Part shown: in pieces, positions 17,508-29,165 of the stretch
Layout of the letters: every line of letters begins with the position of its first letter
Position numbering within the stretch: the first letter of the stretch is position 1
Assembly (NCBI RefSeq): GCF_003790525.1
Contig: NZ_CP033635.1
DNA: 64,000 bases
Reading direction: 5' to 3' (one strand)
Origin: Escherichia coli
GTDB lineage: Bacteria > Pseudomonadota > Gammaproteobacteria > Enterobacterales > Enterobacteriaceae
Notes under the pieces: generated by a model
The model's database searches: none
What the model was told of the DNA's origin: nothing
What the model saw: only the letters and a program-made list of their open reading frames with translations
Made by a program: the position numbers and the translations under genes

Positions 17508-17941
17508 ACCTGCAACCAGAATGTCACGGGGCCATCATTGACCAGCGATACCTGCATATCCGCAGCGAAGCGTCCTGTTTGCGTGTTCATCTCTTGCTGA
17601 CGGCAGCGTTCGACGAAATAGTCATATAACGCCTCTGCGCGATCCGGTGATGCACCTTTGGAGAAACTTGGACGCATCCCCCGTTCGGTATCTGCGGCGA
17701 GGGTAAACTGGGAAACCACCAGCACACTGCCGCCCGCCTGTTGCACGTTGAGGTTCATCTTGCCTTCGGCATCGCTAAAGATGCGATAGCCGAGCACACG
17801 CTCGCACAGACGGTTTGCTTTCTGTTCGTCGTCATCCTTTTCGACACCCAATAACACCAAAAGTCCCGCGCCAATTTCGCCCGTCACTTCTCCCTCCACG
17901 GTGACGCTGGCACGGGTTACGCGTTGAATTAATGCAATCAT
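17504..17941 (-). CDS. dtd: D-aminoacyl-tRNA deacylase
   Basis: 145 aa, [17 protein letters not shown]...SQFTLAADT..GxRPSF, the classic Dtd sequence. Confidence 0.96.
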
Positions 17942-18810
17942 GGTTCGTCGTCTTCTTCTTGTTCAGCTGCTTGTTTTAGTTTGCGGTATTCCCCGAGAGT
18001 GACAGTAATTTCCGCACCAAGCAAGACGATACACCATGTCCAGTAGACCCAGACAAAGAGAATGGGGATCACCGCCAGCACACCGTAAATGAGCTGATAT
18101 GAGGGGAACATGGTGATATAAAGCGCGAAACCTTTCTTTCCTGCTTCGAACAGGAGTGCGGCGACAAACGCGCCGACAATCGCGTCGCGATTAGGTACGC
18201 GGATGGTAGGAACAATGCTGTACAGCAACCAGAAGGAGATCCACGACAACAGCAGCGGAAAAATACGCAGCACGTTGTCGATGACAGTATTGAGATCGCT
18301 CGCCCAGCGCAGGGAGAGCAAATAGGAACTGATCGCCAGACTGGCCCCTGCCAGCAGCGGCCCCAGCGTTAAAATCATCCAGTACACGGCAAACGAGTAA
18401 ATTTTTGGTCGCGCTCGTTTACTGCGCCAGATGGTATTCAACGCGCTATCGATGGAGTACATCAACAATAACGCCGTGACGATCAGCCCGCACGCCCCAA
18501 CGGCGGTCATCTTGTTGGAATTGGCAACAAATTGTTCGATATACCGCTGAATAACATCGCCAGTAGCAGGCAGAAAGTTGGCAAAAATAAAGTGACGCAA
18601 CTGAATGCTGACGTCGGAAAACATGGGAAAAGCGGCGAAAAGCGCAAAAACAACGGCAACCAGCGGCACTAATGAGAGCAACGACACATAGGCAAGGTTA
18701 CCTGCCAGGGTTGTCATGTTGTCCTCATCAATGCGTTGCCAGAGTAGTTTTAGCCAGGCCCATAGTGGACGGGTACGGTGCCTGGCTTTGTCCTGAATGG
18801 TTTTTAGCAT
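17938..18810 (-). CDS. yihY: Inner-membrane protein YihY (formerly rbn)
   Basis: 290-aa polytopic membrane protein with overlapping stop/start codons on both sides. Confidence 0.93.
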
Positions 18811-19403
18811 AACACCTTCGCGAAATAGTCCGGGATGGTGGTTTTATCTTTCACCAGAATACTGGTAATGCCTAGCTGATTCGCTCCTTCTATATTATCG
18901 GCGTTATCGTCGAAAAAGACCGTATCGCTGGGTGAAAAACCTTCTGCCTGCAAAACATGCTGATAAATTCGTGCTTCAGGTTTGCGCATCCCCAGATCTT
19001 GCGACAGATAGATATGGTCAGCAGCATCACGGATTTCCGGGTATTCCTCCGGCCAGAAGGTAGTATGCAGGCGGTTAGTATTGGAAAGCACCACCACGCG
19101 ATGCCCCTGCTCACGCAGTTTATGCATGATGGCGATCACTTCCGGGCGCAGCGCGACAAACACCGCCTGCCAGCCGTGAGAGAACTGCTCGTAGCTTAGC
19201 GGTAGAGCCATCTCATGACACAGCGCCTCTGCGAACGCTTCGTCGCTAATTTCCCCACGCTCATGCTGATGAAACGCCTCGCCCATGTGGAAACTCTTCT
19301 TAAGCGTAGCCAGTGGAACACGCGTTAAATCGCTCCAGGCTCCCAGCACACGGTTAAAGTCGATATCGACAATCACATTACCTAAATCAAAGATATAGAG
19401 CAT
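18804..19403 (-). CDS. yihX: HAD-family alpha-D-glucose-1-phosphate phosphatase YihX, 199 aa
   Basis: [15 protein letters not shown] carries the HAD motif I (DxGxV). The ATG at 19403 is preceded by AGGAGG. Confidence 0.92.
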
Positions 19404-19501
19404 TTTTGCCTCCTTTCGCGCCACAAGAAATTAACTGTAGCGGGAAAGGATGGGTTTGGCTATGTGGTCAGGTATGAAGCCAGGTCAACGGTCACAAAAT
19501 T

Positions 19502-20287
19502 CTACGCGTCTTCCTGGGGAAGGATGATTTCAATTTGGCTGTCTTGTAAGCGTGATTTTAGCGCAGCGGGCGGCAGCTCGTCGGTAAAGAGCGCAGTGAC
19601 CTGTGCCACATTACCAATTTCAACCGCCGCCGAAGCATGATACTTAGTGTGATCGGCGACCAGCAGAATATTTCTCGCGTGCGCCATCATCGTTTTCACC
19701 ACGTTAGCTTCGTTAACATCAAACTCCATCAACGCGCCATCGCTCTCAATTGCGCCTACACTTGTTACCAGATAATCGGCGCGAAAATCGGCCACAAAGG
19801 ACGCCGCTGAAGGGCCAATGATCCCACTGTTATGGGAACGCAGCGTTCCGCCAGGCACCATCACTTCAAAGCGCGGGTTGTGGTAAAGAATATGCGCCAC
19901 ACGCAGGCTGTTGGTGATTATCCGCAAATGGTTATGGTTAAGTAACGCCCGGGCAACATGCTCAACGGTCGTACCAATGGTGATAAATATTGTCGATCCA
20001 TCAGGAATATAGTCTGCCACCGCTTCGGCAATCGCTTTTTTCTCTTCAGTTTGCGAAACCTCACGCTGCTCGAACGCCGTATTAACGACGCTGGAAGCCC
20101 GACCCGCGCCACCGTGATGGCGCGTAATCAGTCCTTGCTCGCTTAATTTACGAATATCCCGGCGGACCGTCTGCGTGGAGACATCCAGCAGATTTGCCAG
20201 CTCATCAATATTCATATACCCACGCTCGGCGATCAGCATGAGGAGTTGGTCGTGCCGCGGGTTACCGGTTAGTTCGGTAAGGCTCAT
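19502..20287 (-). CDS. csqR: DeoR-family repressor of the sulfoquinovose cluster (YihW/CsqR), 261 aa
   Basis: N-terminal HTH (MNIDELANLLDVSTQTVRRDIRKL) plus a DeoR C-terminal domain. I chose the internal ATG at 20287. Confidence 0.92.
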   Translation of the reverse strand: MSLTELTGNPRHDQLLMLIAERGYMNIDELANLLDVSTQTVRRDIRKLSEQGLITRHHGGAGRASSVVNTAFEQREVSQTEEKKAIAEAVADYIPDGSTIFITIGTTVEHVARALLNHNHLRIITNSLRVAHILYHNPRFEVMVPGGTLRSHNSGIIGPSAASFVADFRADYLVTSVGAIESDGALMEFDVNEANVVKTMMAHARNILLVADHTKYHASAAVEIGNVAQVTALFTDELPPAALKSRLQDSQIEIILPQEDA

Positions 20288-20320
20288 GAAAATTCCTCGA
20301 AAAACCATCACCCTGGCATT

Positions 20321-21217
20321 TTATACAAAAAGTGACAAAAAAGATCGGGTTTGATCACAGTCAGGGATCCCAGCTCGTCCACCGGGACGTGTGCATTTTA
20401 ACGCCGCTACACCGCTGGCGAAGCGGACTGACTCCGCTAAATCCCCACCTGTGGCCAGCGCCACCGCCAAAGCGCCGTGAAAAACATCACCCGCTCCTGT
20501 GGTATCTACCACATCAACTTTGAAGGCCGGTTGATGTTGACGCCCGCCATTTTCCAGCCAGTCGCAGCCTGCGCTGCCCTGGGTCACATAGACATGACCA
20601 TTTGTGAGCGTTTGTGCCTGTTTTAGGGCACTCGCCATCTCTTTCACGCCCGTTAAGCGCGCCAGACCCGGTTCTGAAAAAGCTGCATGATCGCTTAACG
20701 CCACCAGTTCGCTGATATCCTGCGGCGTAATATCACCGTCCAGCACGGTCATTACGCCCGCCTGCCGCGCCAGAGTGAAGGCTTTTTTCGCGCCGTCGTG
20801 CCAGCGTACATCTGCCAGCACCACGTCCCACTGAGAGAAATCAATTTCCTCCAACCACTCTGCATCTGGCAGTAGGTCTGGGCTGGGATAGTTAATGATG
20901 ATTCGCTCACCTTTGGCATCCACCATGATGGCGGATTGCGAAGATTTCGCCTGGTTATACCGTTTGGTGTAACGGGTGTTAACGCCCCAGGATTCCAGCT
21001 CTGCCAGCAGGCTGTTACCCGTGTCGTCATCACCGACGCGACCAATAAAATCGACCTGCGCCCCCAGCCTTGCCGCCGCAACCGCTGCCGTCGCCGCTGG
21101 CCCGCCACCAACTTCCGTATAATTTCTCGCCACGTATTTACCGCTCTCCGTCGGTAATCCTTCCACGTAATAAATACGATCCATCACGGTAATACCTACA
21201 CAAGCAACACGAATCAT
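20321..21217 (-). CDS. yihV: 6-deoxy-6-sulfofructose kinase (PfkB family)
   Basis: 298 aa with the ribokinase/PfkB motifs GGGPAATAA and DTTGAGDVFHGA. Confidence 0.93.
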   Translation of the reverse strand: MIRVACVGITVMDRIYYVEGLPTESGKYVARNYTEVGGGPAATAAVAAARLGAQVDFIGRVGDDDTGNSLLAELESWGVNTRYTKRYNQAKSSQSAIMVDAKGERIIINYPSPDLLPDAEWLEEIDFSQWDVVLADVRWHDGAKKAFTLARQAGVMTVLDGDITPQDISELVALSDHAAFSEPGLARLTGVKEMASALKQAQTLTNGHVYVTQGSAGCDWLENGGRQHQPAFKVDVVDTTGAGDVFHGALAVALATGGDLAESVRFASGVAALKCTRPGGRAGIPDCDQTRSFLSLFV

Positions 21218-21338
21218 GGTCATTCCTTAAGCATTTTGGGATGCGTTCATTTTAATTTCACCAATTGTTTAAAAAGTGACGGCTGTCAATTTTTTGACGA
21301 TAAATTACAAATACGATCAAAAACAGACAAGCAAAGCA

Positions 21339-21362
21339 TGTCATAAATGACAAAAAGTGACA
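21339..21362. promoter_or_regulatory. Candidate operator in the yihV/yihU divergent promoter region
   Basis: A perfect palindrome tgtcataaatgaca directly abuts aaaaagtgaca. The AAAAAGTGAC motif recurs at 21271-21280 and 20327-20337. Confidence 0.35.
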
Positions 21363-21384
21363 TCACTGTATTCAGGAGAGGGTT

Positions 21385-22281
21385 ATGGCAGCAATCGCGT
21401 TTATCGGTTTAGGACAAATGGGTTCGCCAATGGCGAGCAATTTATTGCAGCAAGGGCATCAACTTCGCGTCTTTGATGTGAACGCCGAAGCTGTGCGGCA
21501 TCTGGTAGACAAAGGTGCGACTCCCGCCGCCAACCCGGCGCAGGCCGCTAAAGATGCCGAATTTATCATTACCATGTTGCCGAATGGCGATCTGGTGCGC
21601 AGCGTGTTGTTCGGTGAAAACGGCGTTTGCGAAAGCTTATCTACCGATGCGCTGGTCATCGATATGTCGACCATCCATCCGCTGCAAACCGATAAATTGA
21701 TTGCCGATATGCAGGCCAGAGGCTTCAGCATGATGGATGTTCCGGTAGGCCGTACTTCTGCAAATGCCATTACCGGTACTCTGTTACTGCTGGCTGGCGG
21801 CACCGCTGAACAAGTTGAACGCGCCACACCGATCCTGATGGCGATGGGCAGCGAGTTGATCAACGCGGGCGGTCCGGGCATGGGGATCCGCGTTAAGCTT
21901 ATCAACAACTACATGAGCATCGCGCTCAATGCGTTGTCGGCAGAAGCCGCCGTTTTGTGCGAAGCCCTCAATCTTCCCTTCGATGTTGCCGTCAAGGTAA
22001 TGAGCGGTACTGCCGCCGGTAAAGGCCACTTCACCACTTCCTGGCCGAACAAAGTCCTCAGCGGGGATCTTTCTCCCGCCTTCATGATCGATCTTGCCCA
22101 TAAGGATCTTGGCATCGCCCTTGATGTCGCCAACCAGTTGCATGTGCCGATGCCACTGGGGGCCGCCTCACGGGAGGTTTATAGCCAGGCGCGCGCAGCG
22201 GGTCGCGGTCGCCAGGACTGGTCCGCCATTCTGGAGCAGGTCCGTGTCAGTGCCGGGATGACTGCCAAAGTAAAAATGTAA
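21385..22281 (+). CDS. yihU: 3-sulfolactaldehyde reductase
   Basis: 298 aa of the beta-hydroxyacid dehydrogenase family ([14 protein letters not shown]ossmann motif). Confidence 0.94.
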   Translation: MAAIAFIGLGQMGSPMASNLLQQGHQLRVFDVNAEAVRHLVDKGATPAANPAQAAKDAEFIITMLPNGDLVRSVLFGENGVCESLSTDALVIDMSTIHPLQTDKLIADMQARGFSMMDVPVGRTSANAITGTLLLLAGGTAEQVERATPILMAMGSELINAGGPGMGIRVKLINNYMSIALNALSAEAAVLCEALNLPFDVAVKVMSGTAAGKGHFTTSWPNKVLSGDLSPAFMIDLAHKDLGIALDVANQLHVPMPLGAASREVYSQARAAGRGRQDWSAILEQVRVSAGMTAKVKM

Positions 22282-22304
22282 CGACTGGATAAAGGAATAA
22301 ATGA

Positions 22305-23183
22305 ATGAATAAGTACACCATCAACGACATTACGCGTGCATCGGGCGGTTTTGCCATGCTGGCGGTCGATCAGCGCGAAGCCATGCGCATGATGTTTGCC
22401 GCGGCTGGCGCACCCGCTCCAGTAGCCGATAGCGTTTTAACTGATTTCAAAGTTAACGCCGCGAAGACTCTTTCACCTTATGCATCGGCGATTCTGGTAG
22501 ATCAACAATTCTGCTACCGCCAGGTGGTTGAGCAAAACGCAATTGCCAAAAGCTGCGCCATGATCGTCGCTGCCGATGAATTTATTCCAGGCAACGGTAT
22601 TCCGGTGGATAGCGTAGTCATTGACCGCAAAATCAACCCGCAACAAATCAAACAAGACGGTGGCAAAGCCTTAAAACTGCTGGTGCTGTGGCGTAGTGAT
22701 GAAGATGCGCAGCAACGCCTGGATATGGTGAAAGAGTTCAATGAACTGTGCCACTCACACGGTCTGGTGAGCATCATTGAGCCAGTCGTTCGTCCGCCGC
22801 GTCGTGGCGATAAATTCGATCGCGAACAAGCAATCATCGATGCAGCCAAAGAGCTGGGTGATAGCGGTGCAGACCTCTACAAAGTTGAAATGCCGCTTTA
22901 CGGCAAAGGTCCGCAACAAGAGCTTCTCAGTGCTTCACAACGTTTGAATGACCATATCAATATGCCGTGGGTGATCCTCTCTTCCGGTGTCGACGAAAAA
23001 CTGTTCCCGCGTGCCGTACGCGTGGCAATGACGGCGGGCGCATCGGGATTCCTTGCAGGCCGTGCAGTCTGGGCATCGGTCGTCGGTTTACCAGACAACG
23101 AGTTGATGCTGCGTGACGTTTGCGCACCGAAATTACAACAACTTGGCGATATCGTCGACGAAATGATGGCTAAACGCCGTTAA
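22305..23183 (+). CDS. yihT: 6-deoxy-6-sulfofructose-1-phosphate aldolase
   Basis: 292 aa. Sequence and context match K-12 YihT. Confidence 0.94.
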   Translation: MNKYTINDITRASGGFAMLAVDQREAMRMMFAAAGAPAPVADSVLTDFKVNAAKTLSPYASAILVDQQFCYRQVVEQNAIAKSCAMIVAADEFIPGNGIPVDSVVIDRKINPQQIKQDGGKALKLLVLWRSDEDAQQRLDMVKEFNELCHSHGLVSIIEPVVRPPRRGDKFDREQAIIDAAKELGDSGADLYKVEMPLYGKGPQQELLSASQRLNDHINMPWVILSSGVDEKLFPRAVRVAMTAGASGFLAGRAVWASVVGLPDNELMLRDVCAPKLQQLGDIVDEMMAKRR

Positions 23184-23198
23184 GATGGGGATACAAAA

Positions 23199-24440
23199 AT
23201 GAAATGGTTTAACACCTTAAGTCACAACCGTTGGCTGGAACAGGAAACCGATCGCATCTTTGATTTTGGTAAAAATTCCGTGGTGCCGACTGGTTTTGGC
23301 TGGTTAGGCAATAAAGGGCAAATCAAAGAAGAGATGGGCACCCATCTGTGGATCACCGCCCGTATGTTACACGTTTATTCCGTTGCTGCGGCGATGGGTC
23401 GACCAGGCGCTTACTCGTTGGTTGATCACGGTATCAAAGCCATGAACGGCGCACTGCGCGATAAAAAATATGGCGGCTGGTATGCCTGTGTGAATGACGA
23501 GGGCGTGGTGGATGCCTCCAAACAGGGCTATCAACATTTCTTTGCCCTGCTGGGTGCCGCCAGTGCCGTCACAACGGGTCACCCGGAAGCGCGCAAGCTG
23601 CTCGATTACACCATTGAAATTATCGAGAAATACTTCTGGAGCGAAGAAGAGCAGATGTGCCTGGAATCCTGGGACGAAGCCTTCAGTAAAACCGAAGAGT
23701 ACCGCGGCGGCAACGCCAACATGCATGCGGTAGAAGCCTTCTTGATTGTTTATGACGTAACGCATGACAAAAAATGGCTGGATCGTGCGATTCGCGTAGC
23801 TTCCGTCATTATCCACGACGTCGCCAGAAATAATCATTATCGCGTTAACGAGCACTTCGATACCCAGTGGAATCCGCTGCCGGATTACAACAAAGATAAC
23901 CCGGCGCACCGCTTCCGCGCATTCGGAGGCACGCCGGGCCACTGGATCGAGTGGGGTCGTTTAATGCTGCACATCCATGCCGCCCTGGAAGCCCGCGGCG
24001 AACAGCCGCCAGCCTGGCTGTTAGAAGATGCCAAAGGTCTGTTCAACGCCACCGTGCGCGATGCCTGGGCGCCCGATGGTGCGGACGGGATTGTTTATAC
24101 CGTTGACTGGGAAGGAAAACCGGTCGTTCGCGAACGTGTGCGTTGGCCTATCGTCGAGGCGATGGGTACGGCTTACGCGCTCTACACCGTCACCGGCGAT
24201 CGCCAGTACGAAACCTGGTATCAGACATGGTGGGAGTACTGCATTAAGTACCTGATGGACTATGAAAATGGTTCCTGGTGGCAGGAGCTGGATGCGGACA
24301 ATAAGGTCACCACCAAAGTCTGGGACGGCAAACAGGATATTTATCACCTGCTGCATTGCCTGGTGATCCCGCGTATCCCGTTAGCCCCTGGTCTGGCTCC
24401 GGCAGTTGCGGCGGGGCTGCTGGACGTGAATGCCAAATAA
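23199..24440 (+). CDS. yihS: Sulfoquinovose isomerase
   Basis: 413 aa of the AGE/N-acylglucosamine 2-epimerase-like family. Matches K-12 YihS. Confidence 0.94.
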   Translation: MKWFNTLSHNRWLEQETDRIFDFGKNSVVPTGFGWLGNKGQIKEEMGTHLWITARMLHVYSVAAAMGRPGAYSLVDHGIKAMNGALRDKKYGGWYACVNDEGVVDASKQGYQHFFALLGAASAVTTGHPEARKLLDYTIEIIEKYFWSEEEQMCLESWDEAFSKTEEYRGGNANMHAVEAFLIVYDVTHDKKWLDRAIRVASVIIHDVARNNHYRVNEHFDTQWNPLPDYNKDNPAHRFRAFGGTPGHWIEWGRLMLHIHAALEARGEQPPAWLLEDAKGLFNATVRDAWAPDGADGIVYTVDWEGKPVVRERVRWPIVEAMGTAYALYTVTGDRQYETWYQTWWEYCIKYLMDYENGSWWQELDADNKVTTKVWDGKQDIYHLLHCLVIPRIPLAPGLAPAVAAGLLDVNAK

Positions 24441-24457
24441 CTGACTGAAAACCCTAA

Positions 24458-24501
24458 CCCTCTCCCCAAAGGGGAGAGGGGACCGCCCGGCGCAGTTTTT
24501 T
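24458..24501 (+). terminator. Hairpin downstream of yihS (possible terminator or attenuator)
   Basis: ccctctcccc-aaa-ggggagaggg is a perfect 10-bp stem. The T6 run lies about 15 nt further on, so this is not a textbook terminator. Confidence 0.45.
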
Positions 24502-24558
24502 GGTTTGACATCAGCCTCATGGGAGGCTGTATACCGTTTTTTAATTAAGGTACCTCGT

Positions 24559-25458
24559 ATGCAAACCACCAATATGCATTGCAGTGGACAGACCGTTTCA
24601 CTCACCGCTGGGGATTATCACGCAACTATCGTGACGGTTGGCGCAGGTCTGGCTGAATTAACTTTTCAGGGCTGCCATTTAGTTATTCCGCATAAACCCG
24701 AAGAGATGCCGCTGGCACACCTGGGCAAAGTCCTTATTCCCTGGCCTAACCGGATTGCCAACGGCTGTTATCGCTATCAGGGGCAGGAATATCAGTTACC
24801 CATTAATGAACATGGTTCAAAAGCCGCTATTCACGGGCTGCTTGCCTGGCGTGACTGGCAAATAAGCGAACAAACCACCACCAGCGTCACATTAACGGCC
24901 TTTTTGCCGCCCAGTTACGGCTATCCGTTTATGCTGGCCTCGCAAGTTGTTTATTCGCTCAACGCACGCACGGGCCTTTCCGTTGAGATCGCAAGCCAGA
25001 ATATCGGCACTGTCGCAGCACCTTATGGTGTGGGTATTCATCCTTATTTAACCTGCAACTTAACGCCTGTTGATGACTATGTATTCCAGCTTCCAGCAGA
25101 ACAGGTTTATGCCGTCGAGCACGCGAATCCGACAACGCTTCACCACGTTGATGAGCTGGATTTAAATTTCACGCAGGCGAAAAAAATAGCCGCGACAAAA
25201 ATCGACCACACCTTTAAAACCGCTAATGATCTGTGGGAAATGACCATTACCCATCCACAACAGGTTCTTTCGGTAAGCCTTTGTTCCGATCAACCCTGGG
25301 TGCAGGTTTATAGCGGAGAAAAATTACAGCGCCAGGGCCTGGCAGTTGAACCTATGAGTTGCCCGCCTAACGCCTTTAATTCAGGTATCGACTTATTATT
25401 ACTGGAACCAGGAAAAACGCACCGCCTGTTTTTTAATATTTACGGACAGAGAAAATAA
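24559..25458 (+). CDS. yihR: Aldose 1-epimerase (mutarotase) family protein YihR
   Basis: Context and sequence match K-12 YihR. The start is uncertain: the ORF track begins at TTG 24505, and I chose the first ATG (MQTTNMHCSG). Confidence 0.85.
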   Translation: MQTTNMHCSGQTVSLTAGDYHATIVTVGAGLAELTFQGCHLVIPHKPEEMPLAHLGKVLIPWPNRIANGCYRYQGQEYQLPINEHGSKAAIHGLLAWRDWQISEQTTTSVTLTAFLPPSYGYPFMLASQVVYSLNARTGLSVEIASQNIGTVAAPYGVGIHPYLTCNLTPVDDYVFQLPAEQVYAVEHANPTTLHHVDELDLNFTQAKKIAATKIDHTFKTANDLWEMTITHPQQVLSVSLCSDQPWVQVYSGEKLQRQGLAVEPMSCPPNAFNSGIDLLLLEPGKTHRLFFNIYGQRK

Positions 25459-25655
25459 CTTGTATTGATTAGCAGTCAAAATCATTGAAGAACATTTCAC
25501 TCGTAAAGGCAACGTTATGTATCTTCAATTTATTAAGTTAAAAAAAGCTCAGCTTCTGTAAAGTTTATATATATCAGTTTTATGAGAATCATTTTACATA
25601 AGCCTGTAATAACGGGAAGGAAACAATCTCGTCCTCAACTCTATGGAGATTATTT

Positions 25656-27692
25656 ATGGATACGCCACGCCCACAGCTATTAGATTTTCAATTTCATCAG
25701 AATAACGACAGTTTTACTCTACGTTTTCAAGACCGCCTTATTTTAATCCATAGCAAAGATAATCCTTGCTTATCGATTGGCTCAGGTATAGCGGATATCG
25801 ATATGTTCCGCGGTAATTTCAGCATTAAAGATAAATTGCAGGAGAAAATTGCGCTTACCGACGCCATCGTCAGCCAGTCACCGGATGGTTGGTTAATCCA
25901 TTTCAGCCGTGGTTCTGACATTAGCGCCACGCTGCGTATCTCTGCCGACGATCAGGGCCGTTTATTGCTGGAACTACAAAACGACAACCATCACCACAAC
26001 CGCATCTGGCTGCGTCTTGCCGCACAACCAGAGGACCATATCTACGGCTGCGGCGAACAATTCTCCTACTTTGATCTGCGCGGCAAACCGTTCCCGCTAT
26101 GGACCAGTGAACAAGGCGTTGGTCGCAACAAACAAACCTATGTCACCTGGCAGGCCGACTGCAAAGAGAACGCGGGCGGCGACTATTACTGGACTTTCTT
26201 CCCGCAGCCTACGTTTGTCAGCACGCAGAAGTATTACTGCCATGTTGATAACAGTTGCTATATGAACTTCGACTTTAGTGCCCCGGAATACCATGAACTG
26301 GCGCTGTGGGAAGAGAAAGCAACACTGCGTTTTGAATGTGCTGACACATACATCTCCCTGTTAGAAAAATTAACCGCCCTGCTGGGACGCCAGCCAGAAC
26401 TGCCCGACTGGATTTATGACGGGGTAACGCTCGGCATTCAGGGCGGGACTGAAGTGTGCCAGAAGAAACTGGACACCATGCGTAACGCGGGCGTGAAGGT
26501 CAACGGCATCTGGGCGCAGGACTGGTCCGGGATCCGTATGACCTCGTTTGGTAAACGTGTGATGTGGAACTGGAAGTGGAACAGCGAAAACTATCCGCAA
26601 CTGGATTCGCGTATTAAACAGTGGAACAAAGAAGGCGTGCAGTTCCTCGCCTACATCAACCCGTATGTTGCCAGCGATAAGGACCTCTGCGCCGAGGCGG
26701 CTTCACACGGCTATCTGGCAAAAGATGCCTCTGGCGGCGACTATCTGGTGGAGTTTGGCGAGTTCTATGGCGGCGTTGTCGATCTCACCAATCCAGAAGC
26801 CTACGCCTGGTTCAAGGAAGTGATCAAAAAGAACATGATTGAACTTGGCTGCGGCGGCTGGATGGCTGACTTCGGCGAGTATCTGCCCACCGACACGTAC
26901 CTGCATAACGGCGTCAGCGCGGAAATTATGCATAACGCCTGGCCTGCGCTGTGGGCGAAATGTAACTACGAAGCCCTTGAAGAAACAGGCAAGCTCGGCG
27001 AGCTCCTCTTCTTTATGCGCGCCGGTTCTACCGGTAGCCAGAAATACTCCACCATGATGTGGGCGGGCGACCAGAACGTTGACTGGAGTCTGGACGATGG
27101 ACTGGCGTCAGTCGTCCCGGCGGCGCTGTCTCTGGCAATGACCGGACATGGCCTGCATCACAGTGATATTGGCGGTTACACCACCCTGTTTGAGATGAAG
27201 CGCAGCAAAGAGCTGCTGCTGCGCTGGTGCGATTTCAGCGCCTTCACGCCGATGATGCGCACCCACGAAGGTAACCGTCCTGGCGACAACTGGCAGTTTG
27301 ATAGCGACGCGGAAACTATCGCCCATTTTGCCCGTATGACCACCGTCTTCACCACCCTGAAACCTTACCTGAAAGAGGCCGTCGCGCTGAATGCGAAGTC
27401 CGGCCTGCCGGTTATGCGCCCGCTGTTCCTGCATTACGAAGACGACGCGCAGACCTACACCCTGAAATATCAGTACCTGTTAGGCCGCGACATTCTGGTC
27501 GCTCCGGTGCATGAAGAAGGCCGTAGCGACTGGACGCTCTATCTGCCGGAGGATAACTGGGTCCATGCCTGGACGGGTGAAGCGTTCCGGGGCGGGGAAG
27601 TTACCGTTAATGCGCCCATCGGTAAACCGCCGGTCTTTTATCGCGCCGGTAGCGAATGGGCGGCACTGTTCGCCACGTTAAAAAGTATCTAA
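25656..27692 (+). CDS. yihQ: Sulfoquinovosidase (GH31)
   Basis: 678 aa with GH31 signatures (..GGWMADFGEYLP.., ..WAGDQNVDW..). Confidence 0.95.
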   Translation: MDTPRPQLLDFQFHQNNDSFTLRFQDRLILIHSKDNPCLSIGSGIADIDMFRGNFSIKDKLQEKIALTDAIVSQSPDGWLIHFSRGSDISATLRISADDQGRLLLELQNDNHHHNRIWLRLAAQPEDHIYGCGEQFSYFDLRGKPFPLWTSEQGVGRNKQTYVTWQADCKENAGGDYYWTFFPQPTFVSTQKYYCHVDNSCYMNFDFSAPEYHELALWEEKATLRFECADTYISLLEKLTALLGRQPELPDWIYDGVTLGIQGGTEVCQKKLDTMRNAGVKVNGIWAQDWSGIRMTSFGKRVMWNWKWNSENYPQLDSRIKQWNKEGVQFLAYINPYVASDKDLCAEAASHGYLAKDASGGDYLVEFGEFYGGVVDLTNPEAYAWFKEVIKKNMIELGCGGWMADFGEYLPTDTYLHNGVSAEIMHNAWPALWAKCNYEALEETGKLGELLFFMRAGSTGSQKYSTMMWAGDQNVDWSLDDGLASVVPAALSLAMTGHGLHHSDIGGYTTLFEMKRSKELLLRWCDFSAFTPMMRTHEGNRPGDNWQFDSDAETIAHFARMTTVFTTLKPYLKEAVALNAKSGLPVMRPLFLHYEDDAQTYTLKYQYLLGRDILVAPVHEEGRSDWTLYLPEDNWVHAWTGEAFRGGEVTVNAPIGKPPVFYRAGSEWAALFATLKSI

Positions 27693-27737
27693 TCATGTCC
27701 GCCCGTGGGGAAACTCACGGGCAAAGGGAGAACAACG

Positions 27738-29123
27738 ATGAGTCACATCACAACGGAAGATCCAGCAACTTTACGCCTGCCCTTTAAAGAGAAACTCTCT
27801 TACGGTATTGGCGACCTGGCCTCTAACATCCTGCTGGATATTGGTACGCTTTATCTTTTGAAGTTTTATACCGACGTTCTGGGGCTGCCTGGCACCTATG
27901 GTGGCATTATCTTTTTGATTTCAAAATTCTTTACTGCGTTTACCGATATGGGAACAGGCATCATGCTGGATTCCCGACGCAAGATCGGCCCAAAAGGCAA
28001 GTTCCGTCCTTTTATTCTGTATGCGTCATTCCCGGTCACCCTGCTGGCGATCGCCAACTTTATCGGTACGCCGTTCGATGTCACCGGTAAAACGGTGATG
28101 GCCACCATCCTGTTTATGCTTTACGGACTGTTTTTCAGCATGATGAACTGCTCGTATGGCGCGATGGTCCCCGCTATTACTAAAAACCCCAACGAACGTG
28201 CATCGCTGGCAGCATGGCGTCAGGGTGGCGCTACATTAGGCCTGCTGCTGTGTACGGTGGGATTCGTGCCGGTTATGAATCTTATCGAAGGTAATCAGCA
28301 ACTTGGCTATATCTTCGCCGCCACGCTGTTTTCACTGTTCGGCCTGCTGTTTATGTGGATCTGCTACTCGGGCGTGAAAGAGCGTTATGTCGAAACCCAA
28401 CCTACCAATCCGGCGCAAAAGCCTGGCTTGTTGCAGTCTTTCCGCGCGATTGCTGGTAACCGCCCACTGTTCATTCTGTGTATTGCCAACCTCTGCACTT
28501 TAGGGGCGTTTAACGTCAAGCTCGCCATTCAGGTCTATTACACCCAGTACGTGCTCAACGATCCCATCCTGTTGTCATATATGGGATTTTTCAGCATGGG
28601 CTGTATTTTCATCGGCGTGTTCCTGATGCCCGGCGCAGTCAGACGTTTTGGTAAGAAGAAGGTCTATATCGGCGGCCTGCTGATTTGGGTGCTTGGCGAT
28701 CTGCTCAACTATTTCTTTGGCGGCGGTTCGGTCAGCTTCGTGGCGTTCTCCTGCCTGGCATTCTTCGGCTCAGCGTTTGTTAACAGCCTGAACTGGGCGC
28801 TGGTTTCCGACACCGTCGAGTACGGCGAGTGGCGCACCGGTGTGCGTTCGGAAGGTACGGTCTACACCGGTTTCACCTTCTTTCGCAAAGTATCTCAGGC
28901 GCTGGCAGGTTTCTTCCCAGGCTGGATGCTGACGCAAATCGGCTATGTGCCAAACGTCGCCCAGGCTGACCACACTATCGAAGGGTTGCGCCAACTGATC
29001 TTCATCTACCCAAGCGCACTGGCAGTAGTCACCATCGTGGCAATGGGTTGCTTCTACAGTCTGAACGAGAAGATGTACGTCCGCATTGTTGAAGAGATAG
29101 AAGCCCGTAAACGCACGGCGTAA
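27738..29123 (+). CDS. yihP: GPH-family (glycoside-pentoside-hexuronide) transporter YihP, 461 aa
   Basis: Polytopic protein, paralog of YihO. The ATG at 27738 is preceded by GGGAG. Confidence 0.92.
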   Translation: MSHITTEDPATLRLPFKEKLSYGIGDLASNILLDIGTLYLLKFYTDVLGLPGTYGGIIFLISKFFTAFTDMGTGIMLDSRRKIGPKGKFRPFILYASFPVTLLAIANFIGTPFDVTGKTVMATILFMLYGLFFSMMNCSYGAMVPAITKNPNERASLAAWRQGGATLGLLLCTVGFVPVMNLIEGNQQLGYIFAATLFSLFGLLFMWICYSGVKERYVETQPTNPAQKPGLLQSFRAIAGNRPLFILCIANLCTLGAFNVKLAIQVYYTQYVLNDPILLSYMGFFSMGCIFIGVFLMPGAVRRFGKKKVYIGGLLIWVLGDLLNYFFGGGSVSFVAFSCLAFFGSAFVNSLNWALVSDTVEYGEWRTGVRSEGTVYTGFTFFRKVSQALAGFFPGWMLTQIGYVPNVAQADHTIEGLRQLIFIYPSALAVVTIVAMGCFYSLNEKMYVRIVEEIEARKRTA

Positions 29124-29165
29124 TTATAATAAACAACGCCCTGCGGGGCGTTATAAGGAGTGATT

